A stretch of DNA of 59,691 nt from positions 1 through 59,691 of the IMG/VR virus record IMGVR_UViG_3300037882_001356; one strand, given 5' to 3'. The stretch is from a virus. Taxonomy: Duplodnaviria; Caudoviricetes. Made by a program: the position numbers and the translations under genes. The notes beneath the pieces are model-generated. The model worked only from the letters and a program-made list of their open reading frames with translations. It was not told the DNA's origin and made no database searches. Shown piece after piece: positions 17,580 through 27,649 of this stretch. The stretch's first letter is position 1; every line of letters begins with the position of its first letter.

Positions 17580-18793
17580 GTTGGGGTAATGCTCGCAATC
17601 GTTTCGGCCCCGGTGGTTGTCGTTGCCGTGAACAGTTCTGTTGAGTCGTTAGTTCCGTAAACCGTTATTGTAGTTCCAGTTGTAACAACCTTGTTCATCC
17701 CGCCTTGCCAGAAGTATGCCGCCGTTCGACCGTTGCCGATGTTGTATCCTGCAATCGCCGTAGCAATCGTGGCCGTTGTTAACCCCGTCACACTGCCAAC
17801 AGAACCGGACAGGTTGCCAGTGATATTGGCCGTTAGTGCGGACGTAATTGAGGTTGCGGCATTAGTCCCGGCGATGAACAAGCCACCCGATCCACCCGGC
17901 ACAACTCCTGCGGTGTAAAGTGATTTTCCAATCGAACTTGCAACCGTGAAATGCCCTGCGGTCGTGTCCTGCCAAACCGCCGCCGGTAAATTGTCAACGC
18001 TTGTTTGACTTGATCGCGTGTCAATAGACGCCAGGACCGTTAACAGTCCAGCGGCGGTAGCTAACCCAGTTTGAATCTCCGTAATCGCATCGGCAGTGAA
18101 GGCAGCGTCCGTGATTGAATCAGTGCCGAGTAGCGTTACTTGATCTACAAGCGTTACACGAGCCAACGTTGCGGACTTTTGGGTTGTCGTGAAGTCCAGT
18201 GCGGCATTGAACGCAAAAGACGCAGAGTTGAGGGCGTACGCTCCACCTGTAACTTGAGTTTGCGTTAGTGTCGAGAGCGTTGCCCCAGCACTACCGAGCG
18301 ACCACGCACCGATGCCGGTGATTGTGCCAGCACCGCCGCCGAGGACTTTGCCTGCGACGTCGCCGTTTACGCTGCCAATAACGTCAGTAACTTGGCCGAA
18401 TGTTGTAGTGTCGAGAATGACTGCCGTTGATTGGTTTTCTACGTTGCCCCAATTAATCCCCACCGTCCCGCCAGCGGTGATTTCTAACAAGGAAAGATTA
18501 GCCGGGACTGTGTAAACCAACACACCCACCATCGCCACATTCGCCGTCGAACTCTTGCCAGTGAAGTTCAACGCGACAGCATCCGTTTCGCCTTGCGTCA
18601 GGTCAAACGAGTACCAACCGGGAGCATTCGTCGAACTCAGTTCGGTTGCACTCGTATCGCCGAGGACCGTGACGCCTCCCCAATCCTTGTTCACGTAGGC
18701 GGTCAGGTTCGCTGCATCGCCAGTTTTGGGAGCCCCCGTGCTGTAGTCAAAACAGAACAGGGCGATTTTTTGGGAGCCAACATTACGATCCAT
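17576..18793 (-). CDS. tail fibre/spike-like protein
   Basis: T/A/G/S-rich with GNLSGSVGSVTG-type repeats; start MDRNV is coupled (TAATG) to the upstream stop. Confidence 0.7.
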   Translation of the reverse strand: MDRNVGSQKIALFCFDYSTGAPKTGDAANLTAYVNKDWGGVTVLGDTSATELSSTNAPGWYSFDLTQGETDAVALNFTGKSSTANVAMVGVLVYTVPANLSLLEITAGGTVGINWGNVENQSTAVILDTTTFGQVTDVIGSVNGDVAGKVLGGGAGTITGIGAWSLGSAGATLSTLTQTQVTGGAYALNSASFAFNAALDFTTTQKSATLARVTLVDQVTLLGTDSITDAAFTADAITEIQTGLATAAGLLTVLASIDTRSSQTSVDNLPAAVWQDTTAGHFTVASSIGKSLYTAGVVPGGSGGLFIAGTNAATSITSALTANITGNLSGSVGSVTGLTTATIATAIAGYNIGNGRTAAYFWQGGMNKVVTTGTTITVYGTNDSTELFTATTTTGAETIASITPT

Positions 18794-19632
18794 TAGAATG
18801 GTCTCCCGATGATTTGTTGAGCGTAATACTGAAAGCCGATCTTCGGTGTTGCCCCGCCGACCGTTGAATAACTTCGCGTCGAAACCCACCGCAACGGCGA
18901 ATCAGGAGTGCGATAGCCAACCCGCGAAGCGTTGTAATCCAAAGCAACTTCAGCAGCAGATAAAGCACGATTATGAACGCTAACATCTCTAATAAATCCG
19001 CCAAAAGGGATCGCCCCAGATGACGATCTTGCACCAATACCAGAAGTCCCTCCTGATGCTGGATTAGTTGCTGTGGTAGTCGATCCTGCTAAGACACCGT
19101 TCAGGTATAAAGAAACAGTCCATGACCCAGTTGACCCAGACCTAACACACACAACACGATTCCATTTTCCAGCTTCAATTACTCCCGTGCCGGTGAGAAT
19201 CAACGAGTTGTTCCATACCACGCTATTACGACCGCTAGTTCGTCCAACTTCTAGGACAAAACTGGTGGCATGGCCACCAGTTTCCTCACCCATAATTGCT
19301 TGATTGCTCGCAACAGAAGTAGCAAAAAACCATGCCGAAGCGGTCATAGTAGAAAGCCAATAAGAAGTCCCAAATCCGCTTGGTAACGCAACGACATCGT
19401 TCGTCCCATCAAAAAAAACCGACGGGGTGTCGGTTTGAACAGAATTATTCCACTTCGCTCCGTTAGTCAGAGTGCCGTGATTATTCTTTGCAATATCTAG
19501 GAGCCGTGAGCCAGCCCCCAACCCCATTGGGGTGTGCCACCAAGCAACTCGTCCCTTATTCAATGGATGATCCCAATCGACGGCGTTGCCAGCGTCGATG
19601 CAGGAATACCGAATTGGCGGATGGAAGTTCAT
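18793..19632 (-). CDS. LamG/concanavalin A-like lectin domain protein (receptor-binding candidate)
   Basis: FDGTNDVV, TASAWF, GKWNRVVCV, LYLNGVL, FGGFIRDVSVHNRALSAAEV. Confidence 0.85.
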   Translation of the reverse strand: MNFHPPIRYSCIDAGNAVDWDHPLNKGRVAWWHTPMGLGAGSRLLDIAKNNHGTLTNGAKWNNSVQTDTPSVFFDGTNDVVALPSGFGTSYWLSTMTASAWFFATSVASNQAIMGEETGGHATSFVLEVGRTSGRNSVVWNNSLILTGTGVIEAGKWNRVVCVRSGSTGSWTVSLYLNGVLAGSTTTATNPASGGTSGIGARSSSGAIPFGGFIRDVSVHNRALSAAEVALDYNASRVGYRTPDSPLRWVSTRSYSTVGGATPKIGFQYYAQQIIGRPF

Positions 19633-20234
19633 TACGTGATTGTATCCGATGCGTAGGTGATCGCATCAACGCCCATGATAAGAGTCTGCCCGCTGTTATT
19701 GACAGGAGTTATTTCCCAAATATCACCGCCCGGAATCCACACCGCACCCACATCCGCACCCCATGTGATCGTATCACCGGAGTTGTGCGTCAGCCTGAAC
19801 CCAGTGCTACGATCAATGGTTAGGGTGCTGGTGGTCAAGTCGTCCACTTGGCAGAACTCAATTCGTGAACCAGACGAGTTCATGCAAATCGTTTGCCCTG
19901 CCGCAAATCCCGTCGCCGTGGTCAGCACAATCGTCGTCGTGCCGCTATTCGACGCCCCGTTGAGCGTCGTCGCATTGACTGCCGTAGTACTGGACTGGAA
20001 GTCGTAATTCGTGTTAGGAACGTTGAGCGTATTATTGACTGTGCGACGGATAGCAATGTAGCCAAATCGAGTCAACGCCGTCGCCGCGTTGCGTCCGATT
20101 CGGCATACGAGCCACGCCCCAAACTTTGTTAGCAAATCCAATTGCACCGTCGTCCCCGGCGTTGCGGACGTTGCAAACGATGCCGCCGTAATCGGCGTAG
20201 AGAATGTCGGGCTTGTTGGTGTTACAGTTGCCAT
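19632..20234 (-). CDS. virion structural protein
   Basis: Thr-rich beta protein, TTLNGA...TTIVLTTATGF. Confidence 0.65.
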   Translation of the reverse strand: MATVTPTSPTFSTPITAASFATSATPGTTVQLDLLTKFGAWLVCRIGRNAATALTRFGYIAIRRTVNNTLNVPNTNYDFQSSTTAVNATTLNGASNSGTTTIVLTTATGFAAGQTICMNSSGSRIEFCQVDDLTTSTLTIDRSTGFRLTHNSGDTITWGADVGAVWIPGGDIWEITPVNNSGQTLIMGVDAITYASDTIT

Positions 20235-20731
20235 TACGGTAGATTCCTCGCAGTTTCACAATCAACGGGAGCAATCGGACTGGTATAGCCAACCGTTGCC
20301 GGACCATCGCCCGCCGCATCACACACGGTTCCATTGCCAGCGATTTTGAGCAACTTTTCCGCCACCGTTGCCGGTCGGAAACAGTGCAAGTACACTGCCG
20401 CCCGCACCGCTAAATCGGCTGCGGTTCCCACCCACACCGCATTAATTCCCGCCCGCACATTGGCAAGAACTGGGTTGATCGTCCGCCCTTGTGGATCGGC
20501 TTCGATCATCCATTCCCAGATACGAGCTTTGCCAACGCTGAGATTGTCAACTCGGGTCCAGTCGAACCCATTAGTCATAATCCCGGACATGGGAACCGAC
20601 GAACGATAGACGTAGTACGTCGGCGTAGCGACGGCATTGAGCAAGTCGGCGGCTTCGCCATCACTTAGTCCGGCGGCATTGGTTGCCATCCACGACTTGA
20701 TAAGTTGCAATTGTGGCGTTGTCAGTGGCAT
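20234..20731 (-). CDS. hypothetical virion-module protein
   Basis: Coupled ORF in the late operon. Confidence 0.65.
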   Translation of the reverse strand: MPLTTPQLQLIKSWMATNAAGLSDGEAADLLNAVATPTYYVYRSSVPMSGIMTNGFDWTRVDNLSVGKARIWEWMIEADPQGRTINPVLANVRAGINAVWVGTAADLAVRAAVYLHCFRPATVAEKLLKIAGNGTVCDAAGDGPATVGYTSPIAPVDCETARNLP

Positions 20732-20809
20732 CGTAGCGAACCCCAATGGTAGTTTTGGCCATGCGACGTACCGGCATTTTATTTGCTTTAGCTACGAATT
20801 GCAAAGCAT

Positions 20810-21481
20810 TTACGACTTTTGTGCCACAACCAATTGACCCGCATCCCAAACAAGCGTCGTCACGATGCGACACTTCCGCTTTACGATAGCATGCTGTAAC
20901 TCCAAATGGCTTGGAATTTGCAGATGCCCCATGATGTACACGTTGGCGTACGTGTGCCACGGCCGGGGGGTTTGGATTTGAATAATCCCCTTCGGCGATA
21001 GGGCAAGGATTAACTCGTCTAGGAACGTATGGAAGTCGGGAACGTGTTCGATTACTTCCCGGCATTGAATCGCCCCGTATTGTCGCGGGAACAACGACGC
21101 CTTGAATTCAGGGGCAATCGTCGTGTGCGGTCCCATATCGCAGCAAGGGACGACATCGAAACCGTGGACCGCGTATCCTTCGTCCTGCATGTTGGCGAGT
21201 GCCGCCCCGTCACAATGCCCAACGTCAAGGAAGTCCAGATTCGGGCAGAGGTGCTTGTAGCGGGTGAAGTAGCCAACGTTGGTTGTTTGTTGGTTGCGTG
21301 ACTCGTCGAAGTTTACGCCCGTTTGGAGTCGATAAACTTCTAGGTAGTTGGTGTAGAGGTCAGGGTTGTAGACTTCTTCACTGCTGGACGAATTGCACTC
21401 GAAGCAATGCCACCACGGACCACCGGGAGCGTGATGGTGAATGCGGGTCGTGTTGGGCGAGTGACAGATTTTGCAATTCAT
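20810..21481 (-). CDS. class I SAM-dependent methyltransferase with N-terminal Zn finger
   Basis: CKIC..CFEC; FLDVGHCDG, GFDV, CREVIEHVPD, IQTP. Confidence 0.85.
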   Translation of the reverse strand: MNCKICHSPNTTRIHHHAPGGPWWHCFECNSSSSEEVYNPDLYTNYLEVYRLQTGVNFDESRNQQTTNVGYFTRYKHLCPNLDFLDVGHCDGAALANMQDEGYAVHGFDVVPCCDMGPHTTIAPEFKASLFPRQYGAIQCREVIEHVPDFHTFLDELILALSPKGIIQIQTPRPWHTYANVYIMGHLQIPSHLELQHAIVKRKCRIVTTLVWDAGQLVVAQKS

Positions 21482-22128
21482 TTTGAGCGACTCGGCACGA
21501 AGAGGGCACGCTTCCGCGTTGCCGTAGGTCGTGCGGGAGCGAGATAATACACCGCGATGGTATGACGCGACTGCGGTCCTGTCACCACTTCGCATCCGTG
21601 GAACGACGTATCAGTAGGTTCCCACAACACCAACCGCCCCCGCTTCGGATAGATTCGGGTCACGACTTTGTTGCCCATGTCGTCATAGAAGCACAACGCC
21701 CCACCCCATTGCTCTTGCCAATCGTCAAGGAACAAGATGGCGTTTAGTCGTCGTTCCATGTTGGGAATGTGCGGATGTAGTGCGTAGTCGATGTGCGGGG
21801 CAAGGAACCCACCGGGATCGGTAACGTGAAGACCGCCACCGTGGAGCGTGTCGTCGCCGCGAATTCCGTCAATGTCAAACTTGAAATCGACACACAACGA
21901 TTGAGCAACTTCTTTTTCTAGTAATGTTTTTACGGCGACGTTGACCGACAACGGCAAGTTGTCCAAGTCATTGCATGATCGTTTGCGTTCGTGATCGTTG
22001 GCGTACACGGCCCATTTCCCCGAGTACTTTGGGAGCGATACAAGAAATTGATTGCCAATGTTGTAGGCATTATCAATTACCCAATGACGGAAAGGTGTTT
22101 CGCATTCTGTTGCTTCCAGTTCACCCAT
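21478..22128 (-). CDS. 2OG-Fe(II) oxygenase
   Basis: HxD (HID), RRLNAILFL, WGGAL, distal H (SFHG) and R (SRHTIAVYY). Confidence 0.88.
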   Translation of the reverse strand: MGELEATECETPFRHWVIDNAYNIGNQFLVSLPKYSGKWAVYANDHERKRSCNDLDNLPLSVNVAVKTLLEKEVAQSLCVDFKFDIDGIRGDDTLHGGGLHVTDPGGFLAPHIDYALHPHIPNMERRLNAILFLDDWQEQWGGALCFYDDMGNKVVTRIYPKRGRLVLWEPTDTSFHGCEVVTGPQSRHTIAVYYLAPARPTATRKRALFVPSRSK

Positions 22129-23183
22129 TCGCTTTGCACCTTTGAAAAGTAGGACGTATTGTACAAGTCAAACCGCTTGCCATCGTGAAAAACAACGCCC
22201 GCATCCGCTGCCTTAAAATTGGTTCCCGGCCACGACTCCGTGCCGTACCACTTGGCGTCAATCTTCCCAATTTTGGGAACCGCACTGCCGTATCGTACCC
22301 AATACATCCCACCCGAATAATGGAACTCCGTTCCAGCAAAGTCTTTACATACTTTCTTGAACGATCCGGCAACGGGGAACCGCTGCAATTGTTCTTCGAC
22401 CAGTGGCCAATAATCCAACAGTGATTCGTATAGCATCTCAGTCCATCGCCATGTTGACGGACCACGAACGACGCTCTTGGCGTGACCGTAGAATACGCTG
22501 TCATTCGAGTTCGGTTCTGTGGCTTTGAGTGATTCCCACAACGCCGCCCATGTTGCCGTTTCGCGTTTCTCCTTGACGTTCTTGGCTTCGAGGACCGTGA
22601 AGCCCATGTCAAGGAACCGCTGGCGTGCGGAATCGTAGTCGTCGATGGTTGTGCCGTTATGAGCGATGGCGACGATACGCTTGCCGTTGAACAGGTCGAT
22701 TCGCTTGGCGAGTTCGTCGGCGTTGCGTTGCCACATTCCATTGCCGCGAACGGGCCAACAGTGGTAGAGGATGTGCCGAAACCCGGACAAATGGAATCGT
22801 TGTGGTGGGGCAGGTTTTACCTTATCAACGCATATCCTGCAGGTCTTGATCGGCTTGCCGTTCTCTTCGGAGATGACCCGATCCGGCGAACATTTCCCAT
22901 GCACGGAACAACCATATACTGGGGCTTGCGTCGTCTTGTCGCCGCACGATTTGCAAGGACGCATCTCGCCCGTTGGTTTACCCCGATGAATGCACTCGTT
23001 CATCGTGATTTGGAACGTTCGTGCCGCGTTGCCCTTTGACTTGGCTTTCTCTCTCTCTTGTGACACTTGTGCTTTGTGTTCGTCCGAGGTCCGAACCCAA
23101 AACCAGCACGTCTTGCACTGCCCCACTTCGTAGGGTTGCATCGGGTCGAGTGTCGGCGTATGTCCACAGGTTGGTAGCATCAT
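22077..23183 (-). CDS. Cys-rich N-domain plus putative glycosyltransferase-like domain
   Basis: N-terminal CxxC clusters; C-terminal VFYGHAKS, HYSGGMYW and ESWPG. The glycosyltransferase assignment is by recalled resemblance only. Confidence 0.5.
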   Translation of the reverse strand: MMLPTCGHTPTLDPMQPYEVGQCKTCWFWVRTSDEHKAQVSQEREKAKSKGNAARTFQITMNECIHRGKPTGEMRPCKSCGDKTTQAPVYGCSVHGKCSPDRVISEENGKPIKTCRICVDKVKPAPPQRFHLSGFRHILYHCWPVRGNGMWQRNADELAKRIDLFNGKRIVAIAHNGTTIDDYDSARQRFLDMGFTVLEAKNVKEKRETATWAALWESLKATEPNSNDSVFYGHAKSVVRGPSTWRWTEMLYESLLDYWPLVEEQLQRFPVAGSFKKVCKDFAGTEFHYSGGMYWVRYGSAVPKIGKIDAKWYGTESWPGTNFKAADAGVVFHDGKRFDLYNTSYFSKVQSEWVNWKQQNAKHLSVIG

Positions 23184-24655
23184 GGTCTAGTGATCGTTAT
23201 GTCGGGGTTGACGCCATCGGTAAACGTATTTGGTCCAGCACAATCAAACGACGCATCTGGCATCGTGTACGTGACGGGCGAACCGCCAAACGGATTATAC
23301 AATACCCACTCGCTCAATGCTGTGTCGTGCCACAATGACCAACCTACGACGGTTGAACCAAACTGAGTAAAAATGCAGTCGAGGTCGCCAGTTGGCGTAC
23401 CGCAATTTAATGGGTAAAAATCATCACCTTCAACTATCCACGAATCGCCATCAGGACAAGGTACGCATGCTGTGCATTCACTAGTGGGGTCGCAGTCACC
23501 CGCCACGGTGGGTTCAATCGTGAAGCCAAACACGGACCCTTCTGGGAAATCAATCGACGGTAAGCAAAGTCCCGATCCTTCCAAAAATAGCGGTTCGCAC
23601 ACGCATGGACAAGCTGCAACTCCGTAGTTGCATATTGTCAATTCCAGTGCTTCGTTTAGAAAGAAAAATCGAACCGCCCCGGTCGAACGGAAACATGCCG
23701 GAATTGTGTCACTATTGTAAGTGTGAGCAGAAAAATTCAGTCCGTCACAAACAATTGGCGGAGCTGTAATTTCTGTGTATGTTCCCGGCGATGATGGGAA
23801 ACATCCGTATTGACGCAATACCAAATGGTTTCTGAAGATGCCCGTTGTTATTAAAGAGTACTCGTCTGCGGAACTGGATATTGGAACCCATCCGCCAACA
23901 TAGCCATCTACCGCACCGGGAGCGTCCGCACATTCAATAGCCGTTGTGCTGTACTCGTAGCAAATCTTAATGCCATTCAAACATGAAAAAGCTACCTCAC
24001 CTTGCATGGTGAGGGTAAATTGCGAAGGAACAGGGATGTCGCCACAGCAGGGAACCAAAATATCAATGTCATCGCAACAATCTTCGGGGTTCAGTTCGCA
24101 CGATGGATCGTAGATCGGTTCGCCGAACAGGGACCACAATTGGCTTTCGACGGTAATCCCTGTCACCATGCCGGAAACAATCGTCGGGCAAACGCCTGTG
24201 ACGATGCGAACGACACTCGACTGAGCAAGAAAGATGATCTCATATTCCTTGGAGTTCTTGTACTGTGTGACCCCCTTTTCCACCATCACACATTGCACGG
24301 GGTTGTAGGGGGAAACGTCGCTCGGCACGGGCAACCCCGGCATCAGTTTCGCCGGTTGCAATAGGTAGGTCCCCGACCGTCCAAACGGCTTATCGTATGG
24401 TGCACCCCCCGAAGCAACTTCGTACGTCTGCTCAATCCAGTCAAAGTAACCCGTAGCCTCATCGTAGCCCGTGAGTTTCGCTCGAAACATGTTGAGCGAC
24501 GGGTACATCAACGCAATCGTGTTGAGGTTGTTGTTCAGTCCATTATTGGAGGCGTTACGCTTTTGCGACTGCAAAAGTTGGTACATCTCGTTCAACGCAT
24601 TGGCTTGCGAACCGGAAATGAACCCCGCCGAAAATGGTCCGTTGGCGTTCGTCAT
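23180..24655 (-). CDS. Cys-rich tail tip/baseplate-associated protein
   Basis: Position after the distal tail gene; many CC/CxC motifs in the acidic C-terminal half. Confidence 0.6.
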   Translation of the reverse strand: MTNANGPFSAGFISGSQANALNEMYQLLQSQKRNASNNGLNNNLNTIALMYPSLNMFRAKLTGYDEATGYFDWIEQTYEVASGGAPYDKPFGRSGTYLLQPAKLMPGLPVPSDVSPYNPVQCVMVEKGVTQYKNSKEYEIIFLAQSSVVRIVTGVCPTIVSGMVTGITVESQLWSLFGEPIYDPSCELNPEDCCDDIDILVPCCGDIPVPSQFTLTMQGEVAFSCLNGIKICYEYSTTAIECADAPGAVDGYVGGWVPISSSADEYSLITTGIFRNHLVLRQYGCFPSSPGTYTEITAPPIVCDGLNFSAHTYNSDTIPACFRSTGAVRFFFLNEALELTICNYGVAACPCVCEPLFLEGSGLCLPSIDFPEGSVFGFTIEPTVAGDCDPTSECTACVPCPDGDSWIVEGDDFYPLNCGTPTGDLDCIFTQFGSTVVGWSLWHDTALSEWVLYNPFGGSPVTYTMPDASFDCAGPNTFTDGVNPDITITRP

Positions 24656-25689
24656 TAATCGCCCCCTGCATACTGGAACGCCAAATTCCAATCGTACAAC
24701 TTGAACAGACGACGCTCATCATCCGGCAGAGATTCGGACGAATTGACGGCCGGATAATACTTGCCGTTGAACGCAGGCACAAGGTTATGACCAAAACATT
24801 CAAACTGATTCAGTTCATCGGGAACCGCCGATTCCGGGCTAAAGTGCGTGAGCGTGAACTTGATGTCGTAGAAATACATCTCCCGCTCTTGGATCAACGA
24901 CACTAACGGCATCGTGTACCGTTCGCCGAGGTCGATGTCTTCACAAAACAACGTTTGCCATGTGTATCCCGTTGCGTCTTTGATAAAAGAAAAGTCGTTG
25001 GCGTTGACCGTCTTATCCATCGCTAGCAACCGCGACGGAGTGCCCGCTGAATCCAGAATGAAGTCTTCAGGTACTTGATACCACGTCATGAAAATGTTGG
25101 TCTTTTTCATGACGATCCGCGTTTGTGGTGCGGATATTTGAGCCTGGTCGAACGATTCGCCCGGGGCAAAGAAGTAGAACGCTCCATTGTCGTAAGTGAA
25201 AATCTGCGAATTGGGCTTCATCGAATATTGCACGTACCGCTGATATTCCGGGTGCGGGAATGGTGCGTAGTCATTGACGAACACATCCCACTGAATGCCC
25301 CACGGCAACGGCTCGTAGGCCACGGTCAAACGGCAGTACGTGTAATCCGCGTAGGCTAACCCCGGTGGATCGTAAGGACTATCCAACTTGCCCGTAAAGT
25401 GAATCGCCGTAGCTTCAACGATTGTGGTTGCCCACATGTAATCGTAGATCGGATGATATGCTGGAACGACACGAGCGAGGTTGTCGCTGTCAACGAACGA
25501 ATACCCAACAAAGTAAAGGATCGCGGCCCGTAGCTTTGAGAACGGGATGTAGCCCGTCATGGTGCAATAGCTTTTACGAGTCGTGATGTTCGACGTTGAT
25601 TGACTGTACAACGCGACGGCTTCCAGCCAATCGTCCGCTGTGAACACCAAAGGGAATTGCTCGAATTCAGTAATTACTGCTAGTGGCAT
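24655..25689 (-). CDS. distal tail/baseplate hub-like protein
   Basis: Immediately downstream of the tape measure; aromatic beta-rich. Confidence 0.55.
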   Translation of the reverse strand: MPLAVITEFEQFPLVFTADDWLEAVALYSQSTSNITTRKSYCTMTGYIPFSKLRAAILYFVGYSFVDSDNLARVVPAYHPIYDYMWATTIVEATAIHFTGKLDSPYDPPGLAYADYTYCRLTVAYEPLPWGIQWDVFVNDYAPFPHPEYQRYVQYSMKPNSQIFTYDNGAFYFFAPGESFDQAQISAPQTRIVMKKTNIFMTWYQVPEDFILDSAGTPSRLLAMDKTVNANDFSFIKDATGYTWQTLFCEDIDLGERYTMPLVSLIQEREMYFYDIKFTLTHFSPESAVPDELNQFECFGHNLVPAFNGKYYPAVNSSESLPDDERRLFKLYDWNLAFQYAGGD

Positions 25690-25692
25690 TTA

Positions 25693-26745
25693 TCACCTTG
25701 TGAAAATAGACTCGGCAATGCCACGCCCAATCCGCTGAGCGATATTGACTCCCGAACCGCCCAGCATTCCTAACCCCATCCCTATTCCGCCAACTCCAGC
25801 CGCCCCTACATGTCCGATACCACCACCAGCTGCTTGCCCCGCTTGCATTCCAATCCCGCCCCCGCCTTGACCAACTGCCACCCCACCCCATTTATTATTC
25901 AGAAACTCAAGGATTTGAGTTTGGATGGATAATTGCTCGTCTTGCACTGTCTTTTTTTTCTCCGTCCCTGAAGAGGCTTGAAGAGCCGCTAGTGCTGCCG
26001 GATTGTAAACCTCTTCACTGCGATTGGCAATACCCGGTGGCTGAACGGCTCGCGTGTTTTGGTTCGGATCGAACACCGGACCGCCGCCTTTTATGCGTCG
26101 CTTTATCTCCCCAATCATTCCGGGTATTCCACCTATCAAGAATCCACCACCGGGCAAATCGCTTAACGAGCCGATTGTTTTGGCCAGCAGATTGAGTATT
26201 GGCAATGACTCACGAAACGCATCCGTGAGCGTGGCAATACCTGAAGCATAATCGCGAACGACTTTCGCCCCGTCTGGACCCATCTCCTCAATTGTCTTCC
26301 CAAGTTCAGTAAGGAACTTCTCAAAAGCCTCTGTCGCTGGCTTAATGACTGAACCCATACCCGAAATGACTCGATTAAACGAATTGACTAGGTTCGTAGT
26401 CCCTCTCAACACGGGTTGTAAATGCTTCCCGATGGATGCCATCAAGTTTTGCACCGCCAAATCCGCTTGCCGGGCTTGACCAGGATTCACCAACCGAACC
26501 AACGACGATAACCGCGACGAACGAGCCGCTAGTTGATCCATTGGTTCAATGAGAGATTGGATTGGATTTTTCAACCGATGAGCTGACAGACCAAGCTGAT
26601 TCATCACCCGTTGAACTTGCTGAACGCCACCCCCACCCGTTCGCAGGTTGTACGCCCCTTGTGCCGCTGAACCAATCCCTTGAGAAATCCCTCTCCCCAC
26701 ACTGCTTAGTAACCTTGCTGCTGCTGCCACAATTTGCGGTATCAT
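25693..26745 (-). CDS. short tape measure protein
   Basis: Follows the frameshifted chaperone pair; amphipathic A/G/L-rich helices. Confidence 0.7.
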   Translation of the reverse strand: MIPQIVAAAARLLSSVGRGISQGIGSAAQGAYNLRTGGGGVQQVQRVMNQLGLSAHRLKNPIQSLIEPMDQLAARSSRLSSLVRLVNPGQARQADLAVQNLMASIGKHLQPVLRGTTNLVNSFNRVISGMGSVIKPATEAFEKFLTELGKTIEEMGPDGAKVVRDYASGIATLTDAFRESLPILNLLAKTIGSLSDLPGGGFLIGGIPGMIGEIKRRIKGGGPVFDPNQNTRAVQPPGIANRSEEVYNPAALAALQASSGTEKKKTVQDEQLSIQTQILEFLNNKWGGVAVGQGGGGIGMQAGQAAGGGIGHVGAAGVGGIGMGLGMLGGSGVNIAQRIGRGIAESIFTR

Positions 26746-27218
26746 GACACACCGCCTTGATTGTTAGGCTTAGGTTTGGGGTTTGGCTTGAAGCCCGTTT
26801 GCCCTGGTTTCTTTGTCGTCCGACGCTGCTGCTGTTGCTGTTGTTGTTTGGCTTGTTGTGCTCTCATGCGGGCAACAAGTGCTTCGCCGCCCGAACGGTC
26901 AAAATCCTTACCGTAGGATTCAAAGAACGCCTTCGACGCTTGGTCGGGAGTGACTTTCCCTTTCGCCAATAGCATCGAAAGTGCCAGCATATTCTCGTGT
27001 TGTCCTTGTGGGTCGGTTGGTACGTCGCCTTGTTTCGCTTGTTCGGAATCCTTCGACAACCGCTCCAATAACGGGTCGAGATAGTACTGCCTTGCGTCAT
27101 GCCAAGTCATCCCATCAATATCCGCTTGCGACTTGAAAAACGGCTCCCCGCTCAATTCGGCGACGAACTCACCGTATCCGGTGGGTCCGGTGTAACGGTA
27201 GGTCCAACCGACTTTTTT
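26742..27218 (-). CDS. tail assembly chaperone T-part, reached by -1 frameshift
   Basis: The -1 frame is open from A_AAA_AAG (27218-27212) through ORF 26742-27155. Confidence 0.8.
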   Translation of the reverse strand, partial: KKVGWTYRYTGPTGYGEFVAELSGEPFFKSQADIDGMTWHDARQYYLDPLLERLSKDSEQAKQGDVPTDPQGQHENMLALSMLLAKGKVTPDQASKAFFESYGKDFDRSGGEALVARMRAQQAKQQQQQQQRRTTKKPGQTGFKPNPKPKPNNQGGVS

Positions 27219-27637
27219 TCGGCCATATGTTCCTCCAATTCGGGGAACCGCTTCTTCATCACCAGCGTAAAGGCTTGATACAGCGACGACGTTTCGTCTT
27301 TGATCGTTTCATATAGCTTGTCAAAATCAGCGTGAGTCAAGTTCTTGATCGCTTCCCCAAAACACAATCGGACAAGATGTTTTGTGCCTTCATCGGATTG
27401 GAAGACGCCAATCACCCCATCGGACATGCTTCCTTCATTCCAGAATTCTTTGCCCGAACACAAGTATGAAATGTAGGATTGCAGTTGCAAACTACCCAAG
27501 AATTTGCGAGATTCATCAAGCAATTTCATCTTGGCGAAGCTAACAAACTGCTGCTCAATCCCCACCGTAATATGCGAAAGAGAAAGGAGCGTGTCGTTGC
27601 CTGCCGAGTCCTTATACCGAACCAATTCGCTGCCCAT
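27152..27637 (-). CDS. tail assembly chaperone (G-like)
   Basis: Between tail tube and tape measure; GAA AAA AAG near the 3' end; SD AAGGTG. Confidence 0.8.
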   Translation of the reverse strand: MGSELVRYKDSAGNDTLLSLSHITVGIEQQFVSFAKMKLLDESRKFLGSLQLQSYISYLCSGKEFWNEGSMSDGVIGVFQSDEGTKHLVRLCFGEAIKNLTHADFDKLYETIKDETSSLYQAFTLVMKKRFPELEEHMAEKKSVGPTVTPDPPDTVSSSPN

Positions 27638-27649
27638 TTGTTGCACCTT

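Noticed and set aside
17576-19632. Diversity-generating retroelement acting on fibre/lectin genes
   Set aside because: No reverse transcriptase motif and no template/variable repeat pair noticed.
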